A DNA stretch of 63,941 nt, counting the filler, from Perkinsus olseni (lineage: Eukaryota): NCBI GenBank assembly GCA_013115125.1. It is 3 parts of 3 records of this genome, joined end to end, with 100 filler letters (N's around TTAATTAATTAA, not from the genome) between each part and the next. Parts side by side here need not be neighbours in the genome. Positions count along the whole stretch, not along the records: positions 1 to 23,753 come from JABANN010000515.1; positions 23,854 to 47,583 come from JABANN010000516.1; 1 more part is not named here. One strand, 5' to 3'. The notes beneath the pieces are model-generated. The model did no database searches, had not been told where the DNA came from, and was given only the letters and a program-made list of their open reading frames with translations. Shown here one piece after another: positions 12,531-23,927 of the stretch (its first letter is position 1; each line of letters starts with the position of its first letter). The position numbers and the translations under genes were made by a program.

Positions 12531-13528
12531 CTATCGAAGAAGAGGCATCCTCCTGTCCGTGGTACTCACATTGGTGGTGGCGGTGGAGCTAGCAGGCTGT
12601 CTCAACGCCGTGGTCGCGTTCATAACTCCCCGGACTCTCTTACTCGAGGCAGAGGCTCCGTTCAAAGTTCGCTGGGCTCGAGCAGGACGACTAAGGAGGA
12701 GAAAAATTAATGACACCCACCCAACCTGATGAATACACGCCTTGAACGCCAAACCAATCCACCCGCGAGAAACCAAGCGAGGCTTATCTGGCACCCAGTT
12801 TTGTAAAGCAGGCCATTTAGCATAGTCAGCAGCGTGTGGGATTCCTCCGCAACTCCCCTAATTCCTGTGTGAAACTCTGAGCGAGTTGACAACGTCAAAC
12901 TCGGGGATCGATGGTGGCGAGTGTCCCGCCATAAAGTTTACAGTTGGACAGTTCACAGTACAAACTTCACAGTCCACCGTTGGCCCGGCTCGAGCAGCCT
13001 CCCAACGGTGTGCTGATTTCTCCATAGCTTTATGCGAAGGTCGATGTCCAAGGACCTTCGCATGTCTAGGCACAAGCTTGCTAAGAAACTTGGCAGAAAA
13101 TTCGGCAAAATATTTCAGAAAATTTCCCTTCGAGTTTTTACATTTATCTCCCCCACCAACTTACGCTTCGAAAAAGTTATACCAAACCGCAAGAGCAGCC
13201 GCCGAGACAACGAGTGCGCCGGAAAAGATCAGCAGAGGGACTCGATGGCCGCCAGGGGCCGCTGCCGGGGACGCGGTGGTCGCCGATGCTGCTGCTGTTG
13301 TCGCAGCTGCGGTGGATCTGAAACGAAAGGGGTGGTAAGCCGACACGAGATTTCGCCTGATTGATGATTTTCCTTAAAGATGCGCTGAGGGGATCCAAGG
13401 TCGACCCTGGCATTTCACGAAACACGTTCGCAATATCGCTTGACCGTTAGGAGTGGTCTTTCACTCACTCTGTTGAAGCTTCCGCAGTAGTCGCCGCGGG
13501 AGGCGTTGTGGAGACGGTAGGGGCAGCC

Positions 13529-13595
<67 letters not shown>

Positions 13596-14438
13596 CGGCG
13601 GCGGGCGCTGTTGTCTGTGGTGATGCTGTAGACACCGGAGAGGCGGCAGCAACTGAGGAAGACGTTCTTGGGAAGCTCTAGAGAATACCGACTAGAGAAT
13701 ACCGACTATACAGTACTCTCGTACTCTCAGTACTCTCGGGCGAACGAACCACCTTGGGTTACTCGGAGCCACACAAACGACGCGCTCACAGCGAACGAAC
13801 GTGGGCAACACTCAGCCGGTCTCGAGCTGAAATTCACGATTGTGAACGAGGAAAAAAACGAAATTTTTTACGAAGGTGCGGCGGTCGGCTTCCAGAGGAG
13901 ACCTGCTAGAGGGAAGGGGACTCACCAGTAGTTGGAACAGCGGCTGTGGTTTGAGCAGGAGCAGCCGGAGCCTCTGTGGTTTGAGCAGAAGCTGCTGTTG
14001 TCGATGTGGCATTGGGAGTGACAGTACTCGTCGTAGATGCACTAGCAGTAGTCGAAGAGGATGCCGTAGTGGAGGGCGGAGGGGACGGCGCTGCACCTAA
14101 CGGGTGGTCAGTGAAGTAATTCTAGAACCCGCTTTTACGCGAGTTTCAGAATAAGGGGGTGCTAAACTAACCTAGTTTGAAACGCAGACTCGATTTTAAG
14201 ATCGCATTTCACATGTAAAAATCAGGGGTGTAGTTCGGACTGAGGTTCAGTCACTGAACTAGAGGTAAATGATCACCAAATGCAGCGGAGCGAAGCACTC
14301 ACTCAAAAGAGCATGAGTCATCATGAGGTTGGCGTTATTGGACCGTTCGATGGTGATGGCGGCAGCGGTGGTGATGTGGAAGACGATGATGAACAGCAGT
14401 TTAGGGGGCCCGAGAAGGCGACGAAGTCGTATTAACAT
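12531..14438 (-). CDS. Mucin-like (Thr/Ala/Ser/Pro-rich) type-I membrane protein
   Basis: MLIRLRRLLGPPKLLFIIVFHITTAAA signal-like start; exons at about 14096-13927 and 13652-13469 are S/T/A/P-rich with poly-Thr; TM LLIFSGALVVSAAALAVWY (about 13235-13180); tail ends ...RRMPLLR* at 12531. Confidence 0.75.
13529..13594. repeat. (GTA)22 microsatellite encoding a poly-Thr tract on the minus strand
   Basis: Perfect trinucleotide run inside the mucin exon, read as ACT codons. Confidence 0.95.
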
Positions 14439-14547
14439 TAGGTGAGTTGGAAAGAATGTTGGCTGAAACACCGAGGGGTCCTTGGTTCGATACTACCGCA
14501 GCACATTCTTCATACAAACGACCCGGGTTCGATTCCCACAGCCCCCA
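14439..14547 (+). pseudogene. Two tandem tRNA relics (Phe/Val-like 14439-14505; T-arm only 14516-14547) in a 153-bp intergenic gap
   Basis: TAGGTGAGTTGGAAAGAATGTTGGCTGAAACACCGAGGGGTCCTTGGTTCGATACTACCGCAGCACA and GACCCGGGTTCGATTCCCACAGCCCCCA. Confidence 0.6.
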
Positions 14548-14591
14548 AAACACAACAACAATCTGCAAAGAACACCAAGAGCATGATTATC

Positions 14592-16050
14592 TCATTTATT
14601 CGAGTCCGCCAGGCTGATGTCAGCCAGCTTGCCCTTCCCGCTGTTCCGGCGACGCTCTTTACGACGCGCCTGAGGACGAACGAGCATCCCGCGTACACCA
14701 CACAAACCACAAAGCTGCGATGAGAATAGAATGTTATCAATATTCAGAATGGTCGTAGATCACAACGTCCGAGGAGAGGAGACAGGGGTTACTAATCAGT
14801 ACGAGAATGAACTTACTCTGCGACTCTGTCCAGCTGCCTCTTTCGGCTGTCCTTCCTCAATATCAACTTCAACATCTTCCGGGCCTCCCTCGATCTCGAT
14901 AACTTCGGGCTCTGGCTCATCCTTCTCTTCAGCACTGAATCAACCATAACATGTCTTTCGCACAGCGAAGATTCCGTCGGAGTGACTGTTCGCAGCTTCC
15001 TCATTCTCCCCTCCAAAAATTTTCGTATGAGGAGCTCAGCTTCCATAGAGGAAGCGTGGCTAAGAGCCACTCCTGCAGCCTCTATCTCTAATATTTATAT
15101 ACTTTCGTTCGAAATAGTTCGAATAGTTCGAGCGCGGCATCATTGAATTCTAACGATAAAAGCCTCGTGCAAAATCCCGATCTCACTTCATAACGGTCGG
15201 CGTTTCACCAACCAGGGGAGTCTCATCAACACTCGCCACCTCTCCTTCCGGTTTGTCCAGGATAACCGTTTTCGTCAAAAATCCGATCGCCAGAAGTATC
15301 AGCAAGGAGCCCGTGGTGACGTAGATGATGTTGATAGCTGAAGCAACGAAATATTAATAACAATAATCGAGTCCTGAGGGCGCTTTTTTGGAGTGATAGT
15401 AATCAGTCAACCCTCGTCATCCCAACTGAGGCCGAAGAGGAATGCAGCGAAGAGTAAATGGCGACTACATTCACATTTACCATTTAAGTAAATGGCGTAT
15501 AAAACGTTATGCTGGTGACACGAAACAGGCTATCTAGATTGCGCATACTGTAGCTCTAGTCAGCAGGCAAATCGGCAGTTCCAATCAGCCCTAGTTTCGA
15601 AGAATATATTCTGGAAGCGCACTCTGTACGACCAATCAGAAGGCACTCCACCGATGCCTCGTGCTACGAGCGGAACCAATGCAGCTTACTCTTGCTGGGC
15701 CCTCGTTTGGCGTCATGACTCTGATGACCTCCTAAAGGAAGAGTTTATGGAGCATCCTCGCGACTTCCTACTTTCGCCGACTGCAAAGAAGCTGCCTTCA
15801 GCGGCCTCTTGGCTGAAAGCCGTTGTAGGAGTTCGGGAGCCCAGCTCAAACATCTGAGAAAAGGCCCCCAAAAGGCTGCCCACCTGTCGAACCCAGGTGG
15901 GTTCGACCCCCGCCGGGACTATCATTGTCCCATTTTTACCTTCTGGACCAACTGGCCCGTCCCTAGCATCGCATCATCTACCTCCGTTTTCACTCCGCCA
16001 ACAATATATAATATTAGACACACTGCCGCTGTTGCCCGCCGGGACAGCAT
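14592..16050 (-). CDS. Type-I membrane protein with acidic cytoplasmic tail, multi-exon
   Basis: MLSRRATAAVCLILYIVGGVKTE|MFELGSRT...; TM INIIYVTTGSLLILLAIGFL (about 15338-15278); EEKDEPEPEVIEIEGG...|ARRKERRR...DSNK*. Confidence 0.6.
15895..15921 (+). pseudogene. tRNA-Ile-like T-arm/3' relic in intron 1 of the 14592-16050 gene, antisense
   Basis: AGGTGGGTTCGACCCCCGCCGGGACTA, preceded by an inverted partial copy (CCCACCTGTCGAACC). Confidence 0.55.
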
Positions 16051-16334
16051 CTCCGAAATATAGTAATTGCTAACATCCACACCGAGTCCCCAAGATGCGC
16101 TCACGCAGCCGAAAGATTCTCCATGGACTCCCTTTATGAAAACACGACACACAAAAATCAGAGGAAACCATCCATCAGTATCTTGCGTGAGGCATGGAGG
16201 TCGGAGATAATAGAATCCTTGATACGCATGATGCGTGCAATAATACCGTCACAAAAACTGCATAGGACTACCACGTGAATTAAGCAATCAGTAATTTACA
16301 ATAAACCATAATACTTTCTCATCGCTCCGCCACC

Positions 16335-19300
16335 TCACGCGCGAGGCCCTCTAGAAGACGAGCTAGACGACGAGGACGAAGACGAGGTGTCAGAATCGTT
16401 CAATATACCGCTTGTATACCTGCCAATCACCGAGCATGTGAGATTCCTCCACTCAACGCTGAGAATCGAAGATGGCCTAACCCGCTTGCCTCGCGGAATT
16501 CCTGATAGCCAAAAGCATGCCTCAGTTCGAAACTCAGACAAACCGTCGAGATTTGCTGAATATTCTCGACGAATATGAGAAGAACCGTTCGTAGAGAATC
16601 CTATCCCGCTCCATGCGCTCTGTACTCACCTTGCCCTCAGCTCCCCATCAACCGACGACAGCGCTCCAACAGCGACATAAGATACCATATATTTTAAATT
16701 TTGTGGCGCGCGACGGAGAATTTGCCTCAATTCTCTCAAAATGTACTGCGCCAAGGCCAGAGGTAAATTGGTTGCATTTACCTGATAATGACTCCCATGC
16801 TTGCTAGTAGTACCAAATACCGGCCTACTCGACCGTTTCCCGCCCTCGGTACGAAAGCGAAGGGCTGGCCCTTGGGCGGGCGAAGCTGGCGCTTCTGCTC
16901 GGACGTGAAGTTATTCATGAACATCGAATGGAGCTCTTGGACGACCGCAACTGCAAGAACGCCGCATTGTAAGGCAATGACAAAGCAGCGAGCTGACAAC
17001 CCCGTGAATACAGAAGACGGACTAACCGGACCAATATCCCGAGGCTGTTCATTCTATGGAGCAGATACGCCGATTGACGATGATAATTAAGATAGATATT
17101 GATAAAAAATATTTTATAATATAATAATAACTAACGACCATACCGACCCGACAGACGCTGCCTGTTCTATTCTCGGTGGTACTTGGATCGGTTCGGACCC
17201 GGTTCCAGCGGCAGCGTTTTACACAACTCCACATCGCAGTGGTGCATCCACCCACCCAATTGCTCTTTGCTCATCTTCAACAGCGTCCTCTCATCCACCA
17301 CAACTGATTGCCGAGCCATTTCTTGAAATACCTAAGATGCGCTCGGGTATCTTCATTCACCGCACTCGCAAGAATCCACGATCAGCGACAGCAAATCGCT
17401 CACCTCCAGGCTTAAGTTTCGAATATCTTCCCGCGTTAGCCTCCTCACAGGAATCCATGCCAAATCCTTTTTCTTTGAAGGAGTCATCAGCTTCTTGCTT
17501 ATAAGGAACTGTACGAACAAGTAGTACATCCTAACCTCCCCCGCATCTTGCCATAATCAACCTTAGATACCACATCCGTATAAGCACAAGCCACTTTCAG
17601 ACACCTCTAGCTACACCACGACTCACATTGATGAATTTGTCCGCCCTCTCCAGCACGTCATTCGGGATGACTTTACGACTGACCGGATGCAGTAGAGGCC
17701 GGGGCTGCCGCAAGAACTGCTGCAGACTGCCCGAATCAAAACCTAGGGCGGAAGAATCTAGCATTTATCAGAATCGCTCCCTCCCGACCTCGAACGTATC
17801 TTCCATCCTCGAGGTATGAAAAAAGATATTTCACTTCATTAGAAGGCACTCGTCTTCCGGTAGAATCTTCAGTCCAAATTTGTTGCTGTATAAAACAGAG
17901 GAGCGAGAGTATCTTTAGGTTACCATGGTGCTACATGATTACCAAAGATATTAAATCGATAGGATCGTGAACTAAACATGGATTGCCAAAAGCTGGACCA
18001 CTGAGCTCCCGAAGTCTCCTCTCAAATCGATCATCTAATCGATTTGTATGGAAACCAGCCGATAAGCCACACCCAGCTTCACTTTCTTCAGTCCCCCTAG
18101 TCCGTTCCAACCGACGACGCGCCGCCTGGGAAGAGAAACAAAATCCTCGCTAGGAATCGAACCCGGCTCGTTCGTGCTAAAATCGCGTCTGCCAACCATC
18201 TCGAGTACTCGGTTCCTCCTCTTCCTTATGGCCCGGTTTCGAATCCCAACAGTTGCCGCAGTCTGCTGCTGCTGCTGCTGTTCGTTGTGTTGGCTAGGGC
18301 CTGCCCAAGGATTCCACTGCACGCCCAGGACGAATATTGAAGACAAAATTTGTAAGCAGCAAGATAGTTTACAAAATATCCCCGACGGAGCTCATTTGAT
18401 GACACCGTGCTAGAACTTCTCGCCTAGAAGCATCGGACGTAGCGCTGAAGTTGAATACTCCGACGGATGATTATGATTATGAGGTATCAACTGCCACTAC
18501 TCGAACGACAAAGGCCATTGCGCGCCAATACGTGGACGCGGAAGTAAATATTTTTCGTCAGGAGGGAAATACGAAAATTTGAGAGGATTTAAAATCTGCA
18601 GAGCAGGTGGCATCGTCAACGAAGTTCAGGTGCAGGGCGAACCGAGATCGAATGATGTGTCGCTTCTTGAGGTCTACCATTCACGCCTATGATCAGGAAT
18701 ACGAGTGCGGCGACGACCTTCCTACACGTCACTACTATAGAAAATCATTGAGGGCGTTCAAGAGATCGCTGACCCTTCTGGGTTCCATGAGCGCTCTCAC
18801 GATTCAATTAAACGCATAGAAGACGACCCCGAGAGCGCTCGGGAATTGAACACACGGACTTCTCTTCCGCATAACAGATGACAAGATGAAGAAGACTTTC
18901 CCAGCACCCATCAATCGTCGTCCTACAAGTGCGGATGCGCGCAAACAACTACTGGAAGCAGCAGAGGAGTACACGCAAAATATATCAGTGAGGTGGCTCA
19001 GAGACTATGCGCTTTCGATCGCTCTCTAGGCTAGCGTTCCGATGAGACTGTTGATGCCCAGACTCAATGCCTAGCCGACACGTGACTTGGTTGCAGCGAA
19101 GCTAAGGACTTCGGCCAACACGATGCCGAGTTCGGCGAATAAAGGGAGCGCGCCAGTATTCCGCAAGGACTCACCTCCCGCCGATCTCGAATAGGAAGCC
19201 TCCGTTGAACTGAGAGGATGATCGGGTCGAAGGCCGCGAGAGTCGAGCGTCTCCTACCGCAGCCCAGACTGCCCAGTTCCTTGGGATGGACTTCCCCTCT

Positions 19301-19900
19301 TGAAGCGGTGCATACCTGATAAAATGGTGCCGCGAAAGAAAACTAACAGCACGACGCGACGCACGGCTTTGGAATGTCATGCAACCTAGTTCGGAGAAAA
19401 AGGCACGCTGAATATGGGATGAATCGCTGGCAACAATAATGCAGCAGACGCCAGACCGAAATACGGCGAAATACACCGACCGCCAGAAATACGATATACC
19501 GAAATACGCCAGACCGAAATACCGGGCGGCGTTGCGTTGTCAACTAGTCGGTCTGTGACATTGAACACAGTAATAGCTTTGCGACTTATCGGATGATAAA
19601 GCGTTGTACTGTGGCCGATAATATCACAGTAGTTGCGGAAGTCTGTAAATCTGACGAGTCGGCCAGGGCATGGCCACCTAAGTTCCACGTTCCTCACACA
19701 AAACCAGATTCGCGAAAACAGCAAAGGAAGCCAGTCTCGGAGCGGACCACTCCTACCTCTGTTGGAGTTATGATGAGCAGTGGCTGCAGGAGGAGAGGAA
19801 CGCATGAGGAATATGCAGTAGTGTGAATTCTCTGCGGCGACCTGCGGCGAGGAAGATCGCAGTAATCGATCATACGGGCGAGCGCTATGTTTGCGCGCTG
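16335..19900 (-). CDS. Multi-exon hypothetical protein whose C-terminal region (about 240 aa) resembles conserved giant-virus (Nucleocytoviricota) hypothetical proteins; 5' end uncertain
   Basis: Eight phase-compatible GT-AG exons (18034-17943, 17885-17789, 17742-17627, 17508-17404, 17331-17256, 16950-16829, 16745-16630, 16419-16335) give one open frame. The family resemblance is from recalled motif pattern only. Confidence 0.7.
18143..18257. pseudogene. Two oppositely oriented tRNA T-arm relics within a probable intron
   Basis: Minus 18170-18143 CGAGCCGGGTTCGATTCCTAGCGAGGAT; plus 18230-18257 GGCCCGGTTTCGAATCCCAACAGTTGCC (Leu-like end). Confidence 0.5.
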
Positions 19901-20563
19901 ATTTTCACGGTTACAGCGCACTTAAAGATCTCGGCGCCAGCAGGTTAGGTTGGAGCAAGCATGTCCTTCTATTCATGTGCTGCTTGGGGGCGCCGTTAGG
20001 CTGGCTGAGGCCATTGATAAACGTTTTACTTGTGATTCGTATAATCTACTTGACGTGGATAATTCCGTTCCCACTCTAGAAAAGTTCTTGACGCCGTTGG
20101 GTTATGGTTGAACGCCTCACTAGTGTCTCGTATAGCCTTGCAAATCAGGCGGGTACTATCTAGTTCCCAATCGGGAAACATCCTCAGATGCCAAGTATCA
20201 CACTCATGCGTCTGCGCGAGACTTTCTCATGCCGCGCGACGCCGTTTGGATTTTGTATCAGAAGGAGTTGTTTGCTTATACCGGTTCGCACGTTCCGTCT
20301 TGCCGGCCGGGCGGTACACGAGACATAACTCAGAATGGCATCAATTTCTACACGTGAAGATGGTGCTGAATTGATTGTGAGTTTCAGAATTGGTTCGTCG
20401 AGAACGAATTAAGGAGAGTGGGTGGGAAATTTTGGTGGTAAACTCATCAGGAGTATCTTTTTTATATATGAAGTCCCCTCATGCAGTTCGGCTTGCCAGC
20501 CCTTCTTCGGCTGTCGTATTAGCGAGGACCAGTCGTAGGGACAGGGGGCCCGGGTCGAAGGAG

Positions 20564-22700
20564 ATGGAGTTGGTCCAGACGATCGGCGTTTTGTGGGGAG
20601 AAGTTAAGAAACGGTAATAAAGGAGGGAATTCTCCGCACTGCGAGCAGTGTCGATCAGAAAGATATTATACAAGCATAGCAGAGTACTGACGTCGTTCTC
20701 GAAGCTTCGGCGAGGTGGAAAGCCCAGTCATCTTGGGGCAGCGAATATAGTGATAAAAATCGGTTGGATGTTTTTCACTCGGCACTTTTCTGGAGTTCTC
20801 TTACTCATCAGAGGTCAGTCGTAGCTGCCCTGCTCTTGCCACGCTAATTGGTAGGAGGGAGCGGCATTCCAAAGATGTATCTAGGTTGATTTAGGCATGA
20901 TATGAGTAGAATGGTTCTCGTGTCGTATTTTGTGCTATCTTTTCTGGAAGTCTTGGATAATTTTCTTCATTTGCGGAGCTTTTCGTTTGTTGCTTGAAAC
21001 GCCTGTCGCACGACCTCGACGTTCAGAAGTTCGCATCGTTTGCCGACCATTCAGGGACGCGGCTTTGAAGGGCGCAACGAAAGAAGTCACCGCGCTTAGG
21101 AAGGAGAACAAACGTTTGCGGCGAATTGCAGCTAAACAGCAAGTGCGAGTTCAGGATGGAGGCAGTGATTTCCATCTGCTCGATCCAAAAACCCCCCGAA
21201 TTCCAGTCTCGTCGATCAGCCGTAGTCGATCACTACCAAGAGTTTTATGTTGGAGTTTCGCCCGTGATGTGAAAATCACTAGTGAAAAACACATTCACGA
21301 TCGTATTACGATCGTAAAAATGAATACTTTATATTTTACCTCCAAATTATGTATAATTTTCTCTATTATTTTTTGATAGATTTCGTATTTGTTATATTAT
21401 GACGACATGTGTATATTCTATGTCGTTTCATGATTCCATCAATTGTTAGAATATTTATATTTCTATATCTCTATTTTTTGGAATCCTTGTGAATGCAGGA
21501 GATTCAGGAGCCTTTGAGGGACTCGATATCACCGGTCCTTGATAGAGGACAACTTATGGAGGGAAATGCTACCTGAAGGTGGACTGGAACGAGCTGCTTT
21601 CGATGAGCCTCTCTGGATGAGGGAGGCGCAATAGTTTTCTGTCTGAGAAAAAGGATTGTCGAAATTATGTCGATCAGGCATGCTATCAAAAACCTGAATC
21701 AAAATGGTAAAATCCCTACCTTCATATCATGTTCGGAGATGTTGAGTATTTTCCGGTGATGCGTCAGCGAGGTTCTTGGCAGTTTTTGCTCTCAGAATTG
21801 CCACTCGAGGCTGATGCATGAGGGAGAGTCTGTTGTACGGTGTGAAGTTTGCAAGGATAAATGTAGTACTGGATGTGGCTTGGCTGAGGCGAGTAGGGAG
21901 GGGGCATGATAACTGGCCTCTTCGAAGTGCAGGTGGCCAACTTAGTTCCGAATTAGATATGCAGCTTAGTTTCAAGTTGAAACTATAAATCATCATTCGG
22001 AAGATTGTTAAGTGGAGCTTTAATGATTCTCGAAGAAAGTCAGTATCGATCTATTGAGTCATCGTAGCTCGCACTGGTATGGTGCTGTTGTTCACGGACC
22101 GGTTGGGCGTGGTTCGGCTTTGTACCGTAGCGGCTAAGTTCTTGGGTGTTTCGGAGAAATTTCGGTGACGAAAATAGAATAGGTTATGCGTTGCTGTTAT
22201 GCATAGCAAGGCGCTGTTGTTATGCATATGTTCTCTCGTGGTGCTACCGAGGATCGAACCTGGGTGTTTCGGTAGGGATGGATGATCAGCAACGTGCTAG
22301 ACTAATTGAAGCCGAGGATACTATAGCTAGTTTGAAGCTGACTATCGGTTACTTGGAGCGAGAAAACGCGTAAGCAGGGCCCAGTACCGCGACCTAGTAT
22401 TCTGTTCATCGAGAGAATAATCTGCACTTGGAAATTAAACTGGTTATGGAGCACCTTTGTGATAGGAAGCTGCATTCGGAGTTGGAGAAGAATCATAGGT
22501 TGAAGATGGTCAGTGATGAGTCCTGCGGATCCGCTGTCCGGAAGGAAGCTGGGTGAGGTTATTTTGAGCGGAGCGATGCGGTAGTGCATATATGTCAGAG
22601 TACGCCGAGAGGTTATAGATGAGCTACTAGAGAGGTTGGACAGTGCTTGTGACAAAATAAAAGATACGTCTTATGCTGAAAACGGGTAATACTCTCGATT
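20564..22700 (+). CDS. Hypothetical coiled-coil protein, multi-exon, boundaries approximate
   Basis: GT/AG-bounded exons: DAALKGATKEVTALRKENKRLRRIAAKQQ; MDDQQRARLIEAEDTIASLKLTIGYLERENA|KLHSELEKNHRLKM; VRREVIDELLERLD. Confidence 0.5.
22239..22270 (-). pseudogene. tRNA-Val(TAC)-like 3' relic abutting an intron acceptor, antisense to the host gene
   Basis: Minus strand GAAACACCCAGGTTCGATCCTCGGTAGCACCA; plus strand continues ...GTTTCGGTAG|GGATGGAT. Confidence 0.5.
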
Positions 22701-23753
22701 TATTGTAACCACAACCCAGGCCGGCAATCTGTGGTTGCATGTTGGGTCGCGGTGGAACAGATCTCAGAAACTCACGATTCTCATGCACTATCACTTCTTT
22801 CATACTCACTATCCTTACAGTTCACGGGCTTCGTTTTCTTTTCTTTTCTTGGTATCTGTGGTATTAGCGAGGAACAATAATAACCGCTTGTAAGGATTGT
22901 GAGTATAAATACACATAGATTGAAGTATTGAATTGATACGAATTAAGAATAGATAGGAATTAAGAATATTCCTCTGTTACCTGCAGGGGCCCTTCATTGG
23001 TCAGACATTCTGATGGCGACGAAGCTCGATGGGACCGGATACTGTGGGGCGTCGGAGTGAGCCCGATCGGGTCTCGAAGAGGGCACCATGACACGGAGAC
23101 GGATAGTGATTCTGACTAGTCGTTGGAGTATGTATGTTTTGTTGCTCAATTAGAGGGTTGTTGTCGGTGGGAAAATTGAACCTGGGTGGGTTACAGAGGG
23201 GCGTTTCAGCTCGTTTATATTCATGTCGGCTACAGAGGATTTTGATACAACGGCACCGTTGGGACGCGAGGTGATAGGAGCGTACGGTCATTGAACGTCT
23301 CTCCTCGGCTCTCGGATGGAATAGGATGTCCAGCTGTGTCTCACTTGCAGACTTCGATGGACCGCGTAGCGCCAGGATGTTTCGAGAAAATTGTGTAGTT
23401 CGTCGCGCTGAGGGGACCAGCGTATGGTTTCTACTGAAGGCTTAATCGAAGTTTCTTGCTGATCCGGAATGCGCGCCTGTCCGGGAGTGACATGGCGATG
23501 AGCGTTCAAGATTCTATGGCTTTGTTCTGGTTAGAGGAGGCCGAACAGACCGAAAGCGTGGAGAGTGTCCGGTTTTTCGAGTTTACCGGATACTGCTGGG
23601 GCAACCTGGAGAACTCGAGAAGGGCACATGATCAAGAACCAGAGCTTCTATGGGTGAGACTGGACTCCAGTCACTGGAGTATGTAGATGGATGACGATTG
23701 CTCGCATCGTATCTTCCGGCATATCTTGTCACACCTCGCTCCGCCCAGCGGTT

Positions 23754-23853
23754 NNNNNNNNNNNNNNNNNNNNNNNNNNNNNNNNNNNNNNNNNNNNTTA
23801 ATTAATTAANNNNNNNNNNNNNNNNNNNNNNNNNNNNNNNNNNNNNNNNNNNN
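23754..23853. other. Assembly gap with artificial TTAATTAATTAA all-frame-stop linker
   Basis: N runs flank TTAATTAATTAA at 23798-23809; identical structure at 47584-47683. Confidence 0.97.

Positions 23854-23925
<72 letters not shown>
23854..23925. repeat. (ATT)n microsatellite at a contig end
   Basis: Perfect trinucleotide run directly after the gap. Confidence 0.95.

Positions 23926-23927
<2 letters not shown>

Noticed and set aside
12975-13063. Two adjacent intronic hairpins suggesting an H/ACA snoRNA or a Helitron end
   Set aside because: No terminal ACA box or pseudouridylation pockets; spacing to CTAG is atypical for a Helitron.
13461-13652. Poly-Leu ORF that looks like a transmembrane peptide
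   Set aside because: Wrong frame; splice phases put the repeat in the poly-Thr frame of the mucin gene.
19449-19525. CRISPR-like or regulatory repeat array (GACCGAAATAC units)
   Set aside because: Irregular short tandem duplications at an intron donor; no repeat-spacer structure, and the context is eukaryotic.
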